Assembly (NCBI GenBank): GCA_964247055.1 | Contig: OZ176059.1 | Location: 868,001-932,000 of the forward strand | DNA: 64,000 nt | Direction of reading: 5' to 3' | Source: Paragordius varius | Lineage: Eukaryota; Animalia; Nematomorpha | Part shown: piece by piece, positions 49,719-61,943 of the stretch | Position numbering within the stretch: the stretch's first letter is position 1 | Layout of the letters: each line of letters starts with the position of its first letter | Notes under the pieces: generated by a model | What the model saw: only the letters and a program-made list of their open reading frames with translations | Databases searched by the model: none | Told to the model about the DNA's origin: nothing | Made by a program: the position numbers and the translations under genes

Positions 49719-50215
49719 CAGTCAGTATCCTTTATTTTGTCAAAAATTTATTTTTTTCCATTTGGTAAAGAATGGAAAAAACAGAGCGCTATGGTTTAAC
49801 AATATCATATTCATCAAAAAATATAAGAATTACTATAGATTTTATTAAAGAAAAGAGCCCAATGGTATTAACCATATATCATATTCATCAAAAAAGTAAA
49901 AGAAGTGTGGGGGAAGGGCGTCGGAAATCTTTGGTAAAAAATGAAAATACACTAATAACTAACCCTTAATCTTAAAATATTGTTTAAGGGGAATGGTAAT
50001 AATTTTTCTAATCTTTTAGCAAAATTTTATTGCTATTTTCGAAATTTTTTTTGTGTTTAACAACATATACAGGTAAAAAATTAATTTTTAGAAGGGTTAG
50101 TTGATAGTGTATTTGCTTATTTTACCAAAGATTTCCGACGCTCTTCCCCCACACTTCTTTTACTTTTTTGATGCATATGATATGGTTAATATTGTTGAGC
50201 TCTTTTCTTAAACAA
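49719..50215. mobile_element. Larger family-C-related palindromic MITE
   Basis: CAGTCAGTATCC start and inverted arms AGAAGTGTGGGGGAAGGGCGTCGGAAATCTTTGGTAAAA / TTTTACCAAAGATTTCCGACGCTCTTCCCCCACACTTCT. Confidence 0.65.
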
Positions 50216-50784
50216 ATAAAAATACACAATTAACAAAAAAAAATTTGCTTGAATAAAAGATTCAGGACTATAATAACTTTTATCTATTTTTTGAAACAAA
50301 ATTAAAATATTATAGAATCCGGCACCCCCTCAACTCCCCTTTCCTTACCACCTAGCTGTGCCTATCCTAACAATATAGCTTTTTATTGAATGAAAAAAGA
50401 TAAGAAAGTCTCTCTTATAGAAAATCTTAAAATATACAAATTAACATTTAGTGAGTAAACATGAACTAATAAAGATCTCCCTTCCTTTATGTTATCTCTA
50501 TGTGTCCGTCCAGCCAAAATGTGCATGTAATATATATATATATAACCATCATAAAGAATGATTTATGTGTCTGCTACATATATATTATTTAGTAAAGATG
50601 ATTTATTTTTTACAAAAAATCTTGTTTTTGTTTCATATTATATAGGATAAACAAAAAATGAATAAATCATTTGAGCACTCATTTTGTTAAACCGAGAGCT
50701 GATTTATTATTTTTTTTAGTTCCAAAACTTAGCAGACTTATTGACTAACTTAGCCTAATATTCATACATATATGTGTGAAACTA

Positions 50785-50957
50785 CAGTAGTGTATGGCAT
50801 AAAACATTATTAGTCCATAAAAGAATAAAAAAATGATTCTTTGTAAAAAACAAGCCTAAGTTGTATATACACATATCCATAATCCCCTTGTTTTTTTTTA
50901 AAAAAACAATTTTTTACTCATTTTTGGACTAACATTGTTTTATGACATACGCTACTG
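50785..50957. mobile_element. MITE family E in FGF intron 2
   Basis: TA-CAGTAGTGTATGG...CATACGCTACTG-TA. Confidence 0.8.
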
Positions 50958-51027
50958 TAATAAATGTATTAATGTTAAATGAAAGATTTATATATTGTAA
51001 TATAGTAGTACATAAGTAAAATATTAC

Positions 51028-51140
51028 ATGTTGAGTTGTATACAGGGTCCCATTGCTTGAAGCGCAAAGAAAACGTTGAGATGCAACACCATATATTTGA
51101 ATGGCTGTGTGAGAATTTATATTGGTAATTTGTACAAGGG
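51028..51140 (-). CDS. FGF-family ligand exon 2; absent from the ORF track
   Basis: ATGTTTTAG acceptor. Phase 1 gives ALVQITNINSHTAIQIYGVASQRFLCASSNGTLYTTQH, matching FGF beta4-beta7 (IxGVxSxRFLCxxxxGxLY). Donor GTAATA, phase 0, as in canonical FGF exon structure. Confidence 0.88.
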
Positions 51141-51214
51141 CTAAAACATAATCAATAAATTAAGGATTTTAAAATGAATTCTTGTTTTATTTTAAAATAA
51201 TGATCTCTCAAATA

Positions 51215-51390
51215 CAGTATGCATGTTGATGGTTGCTTATGACAGTATAGTTGGCCAATTTGCATCACAGTAGTGTATGGAAAAAAACAACAAAATGTTA
51301 AATAACCAATCTCTTACTTATGTTTTTACTGCTGTGTTGCAAATCGCCCAACTATATTGTGAAATAGGTAACCATTATAATTGCATACTT
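51215..51390. mobile_element. MITE family B in FGF intron 1
   Basis: TA-CAGTATGCAT...TGCATACT with palindromic arms. Confidence 0.75.
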
Positions 51391-52016
51391 ACTATCAACA
51401 CGGTTTTATAGAATATACAAGGGCATAATATATTTTATAAATATTAAATTATTTTTGCAGATAGATACGGAATCTTAGAGCCCTAAGCCAATTTTGTGGC
51501 TAAAAAGTGCACAGGTTTAATTATTCAGCTTTTAGATATTTTGTTAGCAAATATTTAAGTTCGCAAGCCGCCTTTTTATCTAAAAAAGTTGGCAGTCCGC
51601 GTATATTTAATTCAAATACAATAACATTGGGCCATAAATGAATATATATATTTAAGTAGATCAAACATAAGATTGTTGTAAAAATTACAATGCAAATCAT
51701 TGGACCACTAATTTCGCTAATTATTGCTAGTTATTTCCTCACCACAAAATCAACCAATTAATCAATGATGATAAAACTCAATAAATATATATAATATTAA
51801 GTGATTACTTAAAAATAATATTTTTTAAAAAAAAAGATATATAAATTTTAGAAACTTAATTTTATTTGCCGTATAAAATTAAATTTTGCGGCTAAAAAGG
51901 CCATTGAATGCAAAATTATAATTACGCCAAAATATCATAGATGTATATTTGCTATATTTTAAATTGATCTGATGCTAAAATAGCCAAAATATAAGAAAGT
52001 GTGGTATAAAACATAC

Positions 52017-54657
52017 CATATTGATTAGAGGCATCTTTTGTGCCATTCACATACCCATCTGGACCAATTTGCAACATATATGAATTTCTGCAATGTATTT
52101 TATACAGTAATTTTTTGGGTTTGTGGAAAGTATATTTTGTTCGGGGATGGTTAACATGAGGAGGACTCTCATTTTGAATATTACGAATTGCTGGTTGTAT
52201 AATCATGTCACCCTTCTTTGATTCACGGACAATAAAACGTTTAAGGTCTCCGTATGTTTTGATGGCCATCTCGGCAGAGCCTTTCGATTCTGACACCAAT
52301 GGCAAAGGGGTTGGAAGTATATTAAATTTATTACCATTTTCCTTTTTAGGGTTAGAAAGTAATTCATCACTTACGGCGGCATTTGCATCTTTATTTCTAC
52401 TATCATTCGGAGCTCTTTTCATAACATTATTATTATTGTAATTCTTTTCATCAACATCCATATTCCCAATACTAGTTCTTTCAAGATCATAATGATTTTC
52501 GGGCTGAGATATTATTTCATTTGAGGCATGAGAGGAGTTTATTTTCTTCTCAACTGCTGTTTCCACTCTATGGTTGTGATTTTGGTTGAGATTAACATCA
52601 TCAAAATAATTGGAATTGTATATTGCCGATTCAATTTTTAACAATTCATAATCTGTGTCATCCTCAATACTATCATAATCTGGGTCATCCTCATCCGTGT
52701 GCCTAAGTGTAGACAATTTATCGAAATCCTTATTATATAACTTTCCTTCGTTCTTGATATCCATATTATTGGGTTTGCTTAAAATTTTAATGACTGGTTC
52801 AACGGCACCACCGTTCCCCATATATGAGCGCATAAAATAGGGTGGGACAACGAATTTGTCATTTTGATGCCTAAATTTTTGTAATGAATCGCTATTTTTA
52901 TTTGAAAGTCCTTCTTGTGTTACTCCATTCTTCAATTGAGATTGAAGGTTGTTATCATGAAATTTAGTTGTGGTACTACTCAGAGCACTGAAATAATTGT
53001 TTCGTAAATGGTGTATAATTAATGGCGCACCCCGAGACACATTATGCGTTAAGATCTTGCTGTTGTTTAGAATGCTCTGATTGGTATTAATTGTATCAAT
53101 TAGATTATGTTGATTAGTTTCATAATTCAGTATATTTCGCCTATTTCGAATGATTTGAGTGTGTTTTTTTCGCTTTCTTCGACTTTTTATCTCTGTGTAA
53201 TACATCCTATGACTACTTAAGGTCCGATACTGTGCTTTAATTGATTTAATATGTGAAATTTTATACGAATCATTCATATCATAATTGTTAGAGTGAAAGG
53301 CGAAATCAATGTTATTAAATACGTTTGATATCGTAAATAATAATTTTTTCCACCACCATTGATACGTGGGTATAAATTGGGACCGTAAACCACGAAAAAA
53401 GGAGTTGGGAAGTAATTGTTTGTAAGTATTATTATTAGTTCCGTATGGAGTGCTAGTACGATTACTGTAATTGTTAAACAGGAATGAGAAAAAAAAGAAT
53501 AATAATATAAGGAATATGGGTAAAAGAAAGCACCAAAGTAGAATAGATGACGAATTATTTTTACAGTAGCAGTTGCCATGGAAACGTCTATGCTTGCAAT
53601 GTTGATCGGAATAATATGGGAATAAGGTAATATGGTTACTTGCAGGACATTGTTGAACTTTCTTGTTAAGCGATGGCAAAAATGAATGCCTGTGTGTGCG
53701 ATTAGCACCAATAATAAAATTATTGCGTTTAAACGTTTCAGCAAACGTATTTGATAAATAATTATGAGTGTGAAGGATGGTGGAAAATGAGTTATCTCTC
53801 AATTGGTTATAACATTGCGATGTATCAGTTACAGTGTTTGATATTGCATGTAAATTTTTTACCGGACATATAGTTTGGGAGGAAGTAGTCAAAAAAGGAG
53901 ATAACAAAAAGGGTGTCGTATTTAACGGATTTGGTTTGGAATATCGTATTGGTGGTGACACTATTCCGTTTTCTATATTTGGCACCGTATCGAGACTAAT
54001 TGGCAAGTAAGATAATGCACCTTTAGTAGACATTTGTGGTGACGGATGTTGTGACCTGCAACAAGTTTGATTAATATGTGATCTATTTAATGAATCAATA
54101 ATACCATCATTTCGTTTCCCTGACTCTATAGAATTATCAACAAATGTATTGTCCATATATTCCATGTTATTATAATTATGATCAACAGTGTCATGAGTAG
54201 CATATTTTAAATTTTTAGTTTTTGGTGAATATAGTGAACTTGTCGTTTTAACCATATTAAAACAATAAGATTTTAACCGCTGATGAAAATGTGGTAATGT
54301 TGGACTACTCTTTGAAGTCGAAGTATCTTGAAAATATGGATGAACTTTTGATTCAAACATACCATATTTATTATGTCTTATAGGATTCGAACATGGATAA
54401 TTGGTTTTTATGCGTTGATGTAGTCTACACTTATTGTAATGACTAAAACAGTAAACATTAGGTAAAAAGTTAATGGTACTAATCGCATTTAGCGGCTTAT
54501 CATCCAACTTTCTGTTCCTCACAATCTTTTTCGACGCCCTGGATGAAAAAGTAGGGATATGTTCACCTTTAATATCATTTTGGGTGGGCGTACCAACATT
54601 GTGAAGTTCGGTTTTGTAACTTTTAAAATCAAAACAAGGGCAATCAGTTTTGTTCAT
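52017..54657 (-). CDS. FGF-family ligand exon 1: about 850-aa N-terminal extension with internal TM segment, then FGF beta1-beta3
   Basis: A 2.64-kb open frame ends KLLYKIHCRNSYMLQIGPDGYVNGTKDASNQY at the donor G|GTATGT (phase 1, the conserved FGF intron position). The subfamily cannot be assigned by eye. Confidence 0.9.
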
Positions 54658-57604
54658 CAGTTTATTATGATATTGGTTGAAAAATAGGCTTGAAATTTAA
54701 ACCAAAAATCATTAGTTACTATACTTTGAGGCGTTTCTCGTTTATCATAAGTAACTTTTATTGATGCTCAAGTATAGTGTATCCGGCATTTATGAATTGT
54801 ATATTATTGTTGTTTTTGGACGGATTACAAAAGTTAAGGCAAAAATCCGTTTACTTTTTAATCAAGAGGTTAATTTTTGAAAAATTTGGCGGTAAAACAA
54901 TACAGTGTGTTGTGGGATACAACTTGATGAAAAATGATTGATTTCATTTACATCTATTTATATAATGCAATCATATATGATCAGTGTATTTTCGAACAAA
55001 TGAAGAGTCAAAAATGTGTTTGTTGTATTTCAAGTAATAAAGTACAATTTAAAACAACCTTTTTCCGTCATATTCATTGATTTTTTTCCATCTTTTTTAG
55101 CCACTTACTATGTAAGGGGAAAGAGAGCACCAGTAATGTCTGTCCCAATATATCTTTTCATACAAATAATATTAGCTTGCTCTATAGTATTTTGTGTGAT
55201 TATGTTAAAATATAAGTTCATAGAGCTATTATAATTACAATTGTCGCAAAGTGAGAGAAAGAAAAAGAATAAGTGTGATTGTATAATTGGATATTACCAA
55301 TATTTGGATAATTAATCGATGCGTATGCGTGATAGACCTTAAGAGTGTAGTGATTGATTGATTAATTAATTACATTTTTTTAGATGTATATAACTAACCT
55401 ACAATTTGTTATATAACAAAAGTGAAAAAATAGATGAGAGGAAACGGGAAAATGACTTACTTATGTTTTGCTAAATAAAATATAACGAACGATATTTCCG
55501 GTAATTAATATTATTTTTCGGTTTTTACGGATTTCCGAAACCAACAAAAAAAGACGCGCGATCACTTTCATAGTATAAGCTATGGATGGATGAGTAAAAA
55601 GCAGGAAAAAATAGGCTATATATATATATATATATATATATATTTAAACGTTTTATATATATAAATATATATCATAATTAATTTGTTATCAAACTCAGTT
55701 AATCTTTCGTATTTTGTAAAATACCAATGACGTTAATTTATATTTCATTCAAGTTGGTTTAGTTTCTTTCCATAAGGGGATAGAAATAGATATAGGATGA
55801 GTGTGTAATTATATATATAAATATATATTATAAATTAGACGTATTGTATACACCGATTGGGTTATATTAATTAATTGATTAGTGAGAATAGTAAGTACAC
55901 CTTTCGAAAGTGACAAAACGACAATTCCCCCTAATCTACAAAAAAAATAAGTTTTTTGTTCATATAGATATGTTAAAATTTTATTAGGCAAAAAAAAGCA
56001 AATATGCTTTTTGGGTCAATTTAGTGGAGAGGGGGAGGGTGAATTTAGACGCTAAAACGTTGTAAGAAAATTATATTTGATTAACAAAAATGATTATGTA
56101 AAAAAAACCGGAATATCGAATAAAGAAAATAGTAGCAATGTCGCAGTATACATACCGAAATGTCTAAATTAAAAAAAAAGAAGAGGAAAGATGATGAGTG
56201 AATAAATATTTACACAAAATTTTAATATGTATCACATTTGTGATATTATGTATGCATATACATATATATAATTGGAAAAATTTAATTTATATATATATAT
56301 ATGCATATCTACAATTATATACAAATTTTTTGTTAAATTATTATATGTTATGTATGTTGTATTAGCTTAGCTGGTAGCTTAATACATACTACACAAACGC
56401 ATAATACATTACATAATTTTTTTATGTCACCAAATGTCATCTTCCTTTTTTAACATGCATTTTTATGTTTTTTTTTAATTCATACATGTTTTGAGTTGTG
56501 TGAATACATTTTTATACTGAAACACAAAAAACGCTAAAAATGTAGAGCAAAAAATATTGTTAAAATTTAAATACATAAAAAATTTAAAAGAGAAAATTTA
56601 TAGAGAAATAGTAGATTTTTTCCATTGCCAAGTTTTATTTTATTTATAATTCCTAATCACTTACAATTAATTACCATACATTTTTTATACACTGATAGTT
56701 AGATCATCTTTTTTTGCGACCCCATACTTACAAATATAGAGTTATAAGTATAAGTAAGTAGTAAGTAATGTAAAGCAATGTTTTATGTTAATTTTTTATG
56801 GAATTTTTCACATTATTATTACTAAAAATACTGATAATATATGCAGATATTTACATTTTTTTTCTCATTTACTATCAGATGACAAAAAAGGGGGTTAATA
56901 ACTAAGGAAGTGGTGGGTATATATACACATTGTAATTTGTTAAAAATTTCTCCCATATACTTTTTTTTATTTTACATGTAAATTTTTTTTGTTGGTAATT
57001 TATACATGTGACATACAGGTGAACAATTATATAAAAAAATATTTTATATTTCTAAAAAAAATTTTTTCTACAATAAATTATATTTATATTCATATTTTGG
57101 CATATAGTTTGTCACAATATAGTAAGAGAGGCAGGGAATTTTTTGTGTTTTTAACATACACACATATTTTTTGAAATTTGGCATTAGAATAGTTAGTAGT
57201 GGATAATATAATAAGCATTATTATTTTTATGTAAATGGTTATTTTTGTTCAACATAAGAAAAAAATTATTTTTCATGGCATGTGACAACACAAACTAGGT
57301 AATTTTTATAATTTTGACAAAATATAAAACTAAATCGTTTTTGAGAATTTTTTCTGTATAATGAAAACTCACATCATGAGTTTTCGACAAAATGGTATAG
57401 TTTTTATACGAAACTCAACTAAATTTAAGGTGAAATGTGACCTTAGAATAAATCATTACCCATGTTTTCGCCTTAAAACGTAAAAATGTGGAAAGGCGAA
57501 TACACTGCTTGGAATGTTTGAAAATATTCGCAATAAATCGATGCAAATTAAACAAATTAAGAGGTATAAAGGTATAGTTAGAATTAAGGTGTTTGTTTAA
57601 CTTA

Positions 57605-57859
57605 CAGTAAAAATTGAAATTTTACGGACAAAACGGAAAAATATAAAGGCAAATATTCAAAAAAAACTTCCCCATTCAAAACTTAATTTTACCTATATAA
57701 GCTATTTAATTACAATTGTAATATATAGATTTAATTGTAGTCTTAGTATTATATATCTCTGTATCACACTTCCAATTTAAACAATGAGCTATATTAAAAA
57801 AATTAAAAAATATTTTTGTCTTTGTGTTTTACCTTATGTCCGTATTTCAATTTTCAGTG
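57605..57859. mobile_element. Family A MITE marking the inner edge of an inverted duplication
   Basis: TA-CAGTAAAAATTGAAAT...TTTTCAGTG. Homology to the 40820 side stops exactly at this terminus. Confidence 0.85.
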
Positions 57860-57898
57860 AATATTCAATGCGTGGGAGTAGGTTTGGCTTTTGACCGT

Positions 57899-58163
57899 TG
57901 TAGTAAATCAAGAAACCGTAAAACAATAAGATTTATTGAGATAAAATGCAAAAACTAAACTACATACAGTTTGCGATGTATATATACTTTTTGTGAATAC
58001 AATATTTACATGTTAAGCCAAGGTAAAATAACTTGTGCAGGTTAAATACAAAATTGATACAATCGTTTAACTCATATATAAAAGTTCATCAAAATGTATT
58101 CAAATCTAATATATAAATTGGTCTTGTCTAAGGTTAACTAACTTGATGTATTCTAATCTATCA
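57899..58163 (-). repeat. 3' LTR (265 bp)
   Basis: Direct repeat of 61959-62223. An AATAAA lies near its 3' end on the minus strand, and the PPT GGATAAGGAGATA (58164-58176) precedes it. Confidence 0.97.
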
Positions 58164-58170
58164 TATCTCC

Positions 58171-59433
58171 TTATCCAAATCCGAGCCGATCTGGTGCTTT
58201 TCTTTCCCTAAGAGGATATCTCCTTTCAGGTTCTTTCTCAGTTGTTTTTTCCGTTCTTATTTCAACCTGGGTGTCTTTCTCGTTTTCTTTTTCTTTGCTT
58301 GGTTCCTCCCCCACCTCCCGATTATTGGTTGTCATCTCTTCATCTGTTTGGTTTATCGTTACATTATCCTCCTCCTCAACGCCGTTCTCGACTCCGGTCG
58401 GCCGTAATTGATCCGCATGCTTGCGAAGTGTTCGATTTCCATCTTTAACCGTGTACGAGAGTACCCCTGTTCTTTCCAAAATTATACCTTTTCTCCACCC
58501 TGAATTGATTTCATTCTTTATGTACACTTCTTCGTCCGGTCTAAAAGTTTGATTAGGAATTATGTCGTCCTCTAATTGTTGTGCGGGTGTTTCCCTAACC
58601 CAAGAGAAGGGGGTATTAATTTGTCTTTTCAGAAATAAATTATACGGGCACTCTTTTGTGGCGCTATGTACGGCGGAGCGATAACCCCATAATACTTGGT
58701 TTATTTTTTTGTCAGGAGTCAGCTTAGGATCCGTTAACGATTTATAGTGTGCTTTTAAGGTGTAAATGACTCGCTCCACCAGCCCATTTGTTCGTGGATG
58801 ATAAGGGGCGCTAGTGACGTGTTTGATGTTTGCTCGTTGCAAGGTCTCATTAAAATCTTTCGATGCAAAATATGTTGCATTATCGGTAACGATCATTCGG
58901 GGAAACCCGTACCTTACACACCAAATTTCCAACCAATGTAGTATGTTTGCAGAATTAACAGTTCTTAGCAATTCGACTTCAACCCATCTGGAGCTACTAT
59001 CGATAGCTACTAACCAATACAACCCATCTATAGGACCGGCAATATCAAGATGTATCCTTTCCCAGATACCCGTATTAAAATTCCATTTGTACGTTGGATT
59101 ACTTTTTATGTTACTCCGGTTTAACTGACACCCCATACAAGATCTCACATAATTTTCAATATCTTGGTTTATACCTGGCCAATAAACCCTAGCCTTGGCA
59201 GACTCTTTCATTACATTAGCCCCCGAATGTCCAACATGCAAAAATTTTAACGTTTCATTTCGCAACGCCCTGGGTATAAACAGACGATCGCCCCAATACA
59301 ACAAACCATATGATTCTTGTATTTCGTTTCTTATACTCAATACCGAATTTAGAATTGGAGCTGACCAATCATTATGATGTAGAGCCGATTTTAATGCCAT
59401 CAAAAACTCATCCCGTAAAGTATTTTCTTTCAT
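58171..59433 (-). CDS. Retrotransposon integrase (HHCC plus DDE), frameshifted from pol
   Basis: HVGHSG...CMGC zinc finger and HLDIAG / VTDNA / NGLVER catalytic motifs. The frame is open for about 60 nt upstream of the ATG. Confidence 0.93.
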   Translation of the reverse strand: MKENTLRDEFLMALKSALHHNDWSAPILNSVLSIRNEIQESYGLLYWGDRLFIPRALRNETLKFLHVGHSGANVMKESAKARVYWPGINQDIENYVRSCMGCQLNRSNIKSNPTYKWNFNTGIWERIHLDIAGPIDGLYWLVAIDSSSRWVEVELLRTVNSANILHWLEIWCVRYGFPRMIVTDNATYFASKDFNETLQRANIKHVTSAPYHPRTNGLVERVIYTLKAHYKSLTDPKLTPDKKINQVLWGYRSAVHSATKECPYNLFLKRQINTPFSWVRETPAQQLEDDIIPNQTFRPDEEVYIKNEINSGWRKGIILERTGVLSYTVKDGNRTLRKHADQLRPTGVENGVEEEDNVTINQTDEEMTTNNREVGEEPSKEKENEKDTQVEIRTEKTTEKEPERRYPLRERKAPDRLGFG

Positions 59434-59459
59434 TCGCTGTACGCTTAAGTTGTCAGTTG

Positions 59460-61916
59460 TTAGAAAGTTGATTTGCCTGGGTTGCTCTCCACTTCCTCAG
59501 TCGGTTCTTCATACGGTAGACGAGATAACCAATCCGCTAAATTTTCCGAACCATTAATATATTGTATAGTAAAATTATAATCGGCTGTTCTGAGTATCCA
59601 TCTTACTAATCTACTATTGTTAATATTACTTAGATCTCTCTTAAAACCAAACAACTTGATCAGGGGTTTATGATCGGTTAATAATACGAACTTTCTGCCA
59701 TACACAAACATTTTAAATTTTTCTAGCGCATATAAAATTGCCCTTGCTTCTTTTTCAATTACAGAGAAATGTTGTTCTGCCTTCGCACATTTTCGAGACG
59801 CAAAAGCTATCGGCCGTTTTCCCTCACTTGTCATATGTGATAAAACTGCTCCGAATCCGTCATTCGATGCATCTGTTTCCAACACTAACGGAAGGTTCGG
59901 GTTAAACGGTATTAGACATAAGGCATTACTCACCAACAGTTTAGCTTTATCAAAAACCCTCTCTTCTTTTGTCGACCAACACCATTTCTTAGAACCTGTA
60001 AGCGCATGTAAGTCCGCGATTGTAGCATGCAAAGATGGAATAAAACGCGCGTGAAAATTTAACATTCCCAAAAAAGACCAAAGTGATGTTTTATTGGTAG
60101 GTGTAGGACAAAAAATTGCTTTTACTTTTTCGTTATCTGGTTTAATTCCTTTGTCTGAAATTATATATCCTAAGTATGACACTGAGGAACGAGCTAATTG
60201 GATTTTATCCTTTTTTAATTTCAAACCCACAGCAGCTAATTTGTTCAACACTTTTTCTAAATTATCCTTATGCTCCATTACCGTTGTTCCACTAACAATT
60301 ACATCATCTAAGTAAACCGCTGTACCTGGACAATCTTTTAATAACTCATCCATAATTTGTTGAAATATCGTGGGTGCACTAGATATTCCAAATGGCAGTC
60401 TCTTAAATCGAAAAAGGCCTATATGTGAACTAAACGTGAGTAAATGTTGATAATCTTGGTGTATCGGCATTTGCCAGTAAGCTTCTTTTAGATCTAAGGT
60501 CGTAAAAACTTTTCCTTGCCCGATTTTAAACACTAACTGATCAAACGTTGGAATCAGATGATCTACAGGAACCAGACTTGGGTTTAAAGTAACTCTAAAA
60601 TCACCACATATACGAATATCGTTATCATTCTTTTTAACTATCACCAATGGAGTTACCCAGTCAATTCGTGTTTGCGAGGGGTTTATGGGCTCTATAATCC
60701 CCAGACTTTCCAGCCTCTTTAATTCACTCTCCACCTTAGACTGAAGCGGAATAGGTACCCTTCTGGCCGCAAATCTTTTGGGGATACTCCCTTTTTTGAG
60801 AAACAACTTAATGGGTGGTCCCGTGTAACACCCCATACCCTCACAAAACAAATCCTTAAATTTATTCAATTCCACGTAATTAACATTTTTTACACATACA
60901 GGCTCTGGAAATCTGCATTCAAAACTTTTCATCCATGGTAGCCCAAAAATGTTACCCCAATCATCCCTCGTAACCATACATTTCAACTGTTTGACCATAC
61001 CATTCCATTTCACATCTACCATACATTGTCCCATCACCTCTACACCTTGCTGGTTGAACCCAACTATTGGACCCGCGGGAGCTAAGGTCGGCCTCCCAAT
61101 CTCCATCCACGTGCTCTTCCCAATCAATGATATTTGAGCTCCGGTATCGTACAACATCCTCACCCAATGGCCATTCAGACTTGCTTGCATTCGGGCTTCA
61201 TTATTATTATTGTTACCATGAAGTCTATTAACGCGCCGGCAACACCTGCCAAAATGACCACGTCCTTTGCATCGATAACACTCCTTGTTTGAAGCGGGAC
61301 ACCAGTTGATCGCATGCACGTATCCACATTTTCCACATTTTTTTCTTATCATCATAACTTGCCTATTGTCGGGACCCTGATCAATCAAACAGCTGTCCGC
61401 CTTTTCGTATGCCATTGCCATTTCTACCACCATCTCCAACGTAACCGGTTTCCCATCAACCATTGCATCTGGAAATTTTGTGAACAGATCTATTTCCAAT
61501 CTTTTGAGTTGTAACCCTCCAACAAACCCATCTCTGATTCTTAGCATTGCATCTTGCCCAAAGTTGCACCGGGCAGCACATTCCTTTACTCGAATCAAAA
61601 AATCCATCACTGATTCCGTGGCTTCCCTTCGGAGTTGCGTAAACTGAAACCTGGCTGCAAACGCATTGTATGTCGGAGCAAATATTTTTTTTCCAGCTGC
61701 TACCAAAGCATCCCAGCCCACTTCCTCTAACAGTACAGGATAAAAGAATTTCTTCAACTTTGGAATATGGGATAGACCAATGTAGGCCAATAGTAAGTTT
61801 TTTTTTGTTTCATCATCTTCTGGAATTAATTTCACTTTTAACATTCTCTTTATATAATCTATGTAATCCTCGAAACTCGTTGCTGGATCATAGGGTTCTA
61901 AACTTAATTTCTCCAT
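59460..61916 (-). CDS. Gag-protease-reverse transcriptase-RNase H polyprotein
   Basis: Two Cys/His knuckles, YDTGAQISL protease, LDLKEAYWQ / FGISSAP / YLDDVIV RT motifs, and LETDAS / TDHKPL / ADWLSR RNase H motifs. Confidence 0.96.
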   Translation of the reverse strand: MEKLSLEPYDPATSFEDYIDYIKRMLKVKLIPEDDETKKNLLLAYIGLSHIPKLKKFFYPVLLEEVGWDALVAAGKKIFAPTYNAFAARFQFTQLRREATESVMDFLIRVKECAARCNFGQDAMLRIRDGFVGGLQLKRLEIDLFTKFPDAMVDGKPVTLEMVVEMAMAYEKADSCLIDQGPDNRQVMMIRKKCGKCGYVHAINWCPASNKECYRCKGRGHFGRCCRRVNRLHGNNNNNEARMQASLNGHWVRMLYDTGAQISLIGKSTWMEIGRPTLAPAGPIVGFNQQGVEVMGQCMVDVKWNGMVKQLKCMVTRDDWGNIFGLPWMKSFECRFPEPVCVKNVNYVELNKFKDLFCEGMGCYTGPPIKLFLKKGSIPKRFAARRVPIPLQSKVESELKRLESLGIIEPINPSQTRIDWVTPLVIVKKNDNDIRICGDFRVTLNPSLVPVDHLIPTFDQLVFKIGQGKVFTTLDLKEAYWQMPIHQDYQHLLTFSSHIGLFRFKRLPFGISSAPTIFQQIMDELLKDCPGTAVYLDDVIVSGTTVMEHKDNLEKVLNKLAAVGLKLKKDKIQLARSSVSYLGYIISDKGIKPDNEKVKAIFCPTPTNKTSLWSFLGMLNFHARFIPSLHATIADLHALTGSKKWCWSTKEERVFDKAKLLVSNALCLIPFNPNLPLVLETDASNDGFGAVLSHMTSEGKRPIAFASRKCAKAEQHFSVIEKEARAILYALEKFKMFVYGRKFVLLTDHKPLIKLFGFKRDLSNINNSRLVRWILRTADYNFTIQYINGSENLADWLSRLPYEEPTEEVESNPGKSTF

Positions 61917-61943
61917 GCGCGAATGTAAAGAGGTAAAAAAAAA

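Noticed and set aside
52205-53744. Overlapping ORFs 52205..52441 (+) and 53274..53744 (-) within the FGF exon
   Set aside because: They overlap a much longer coding frame, start at non-ATG codons and show no motifs.
58242-61936. Short plus-strand and alternate-frame ORFs inside the LTR element
   Set aside because: These are antisense shadows of gag-pol. I saw no env-like or accessory gene signature.
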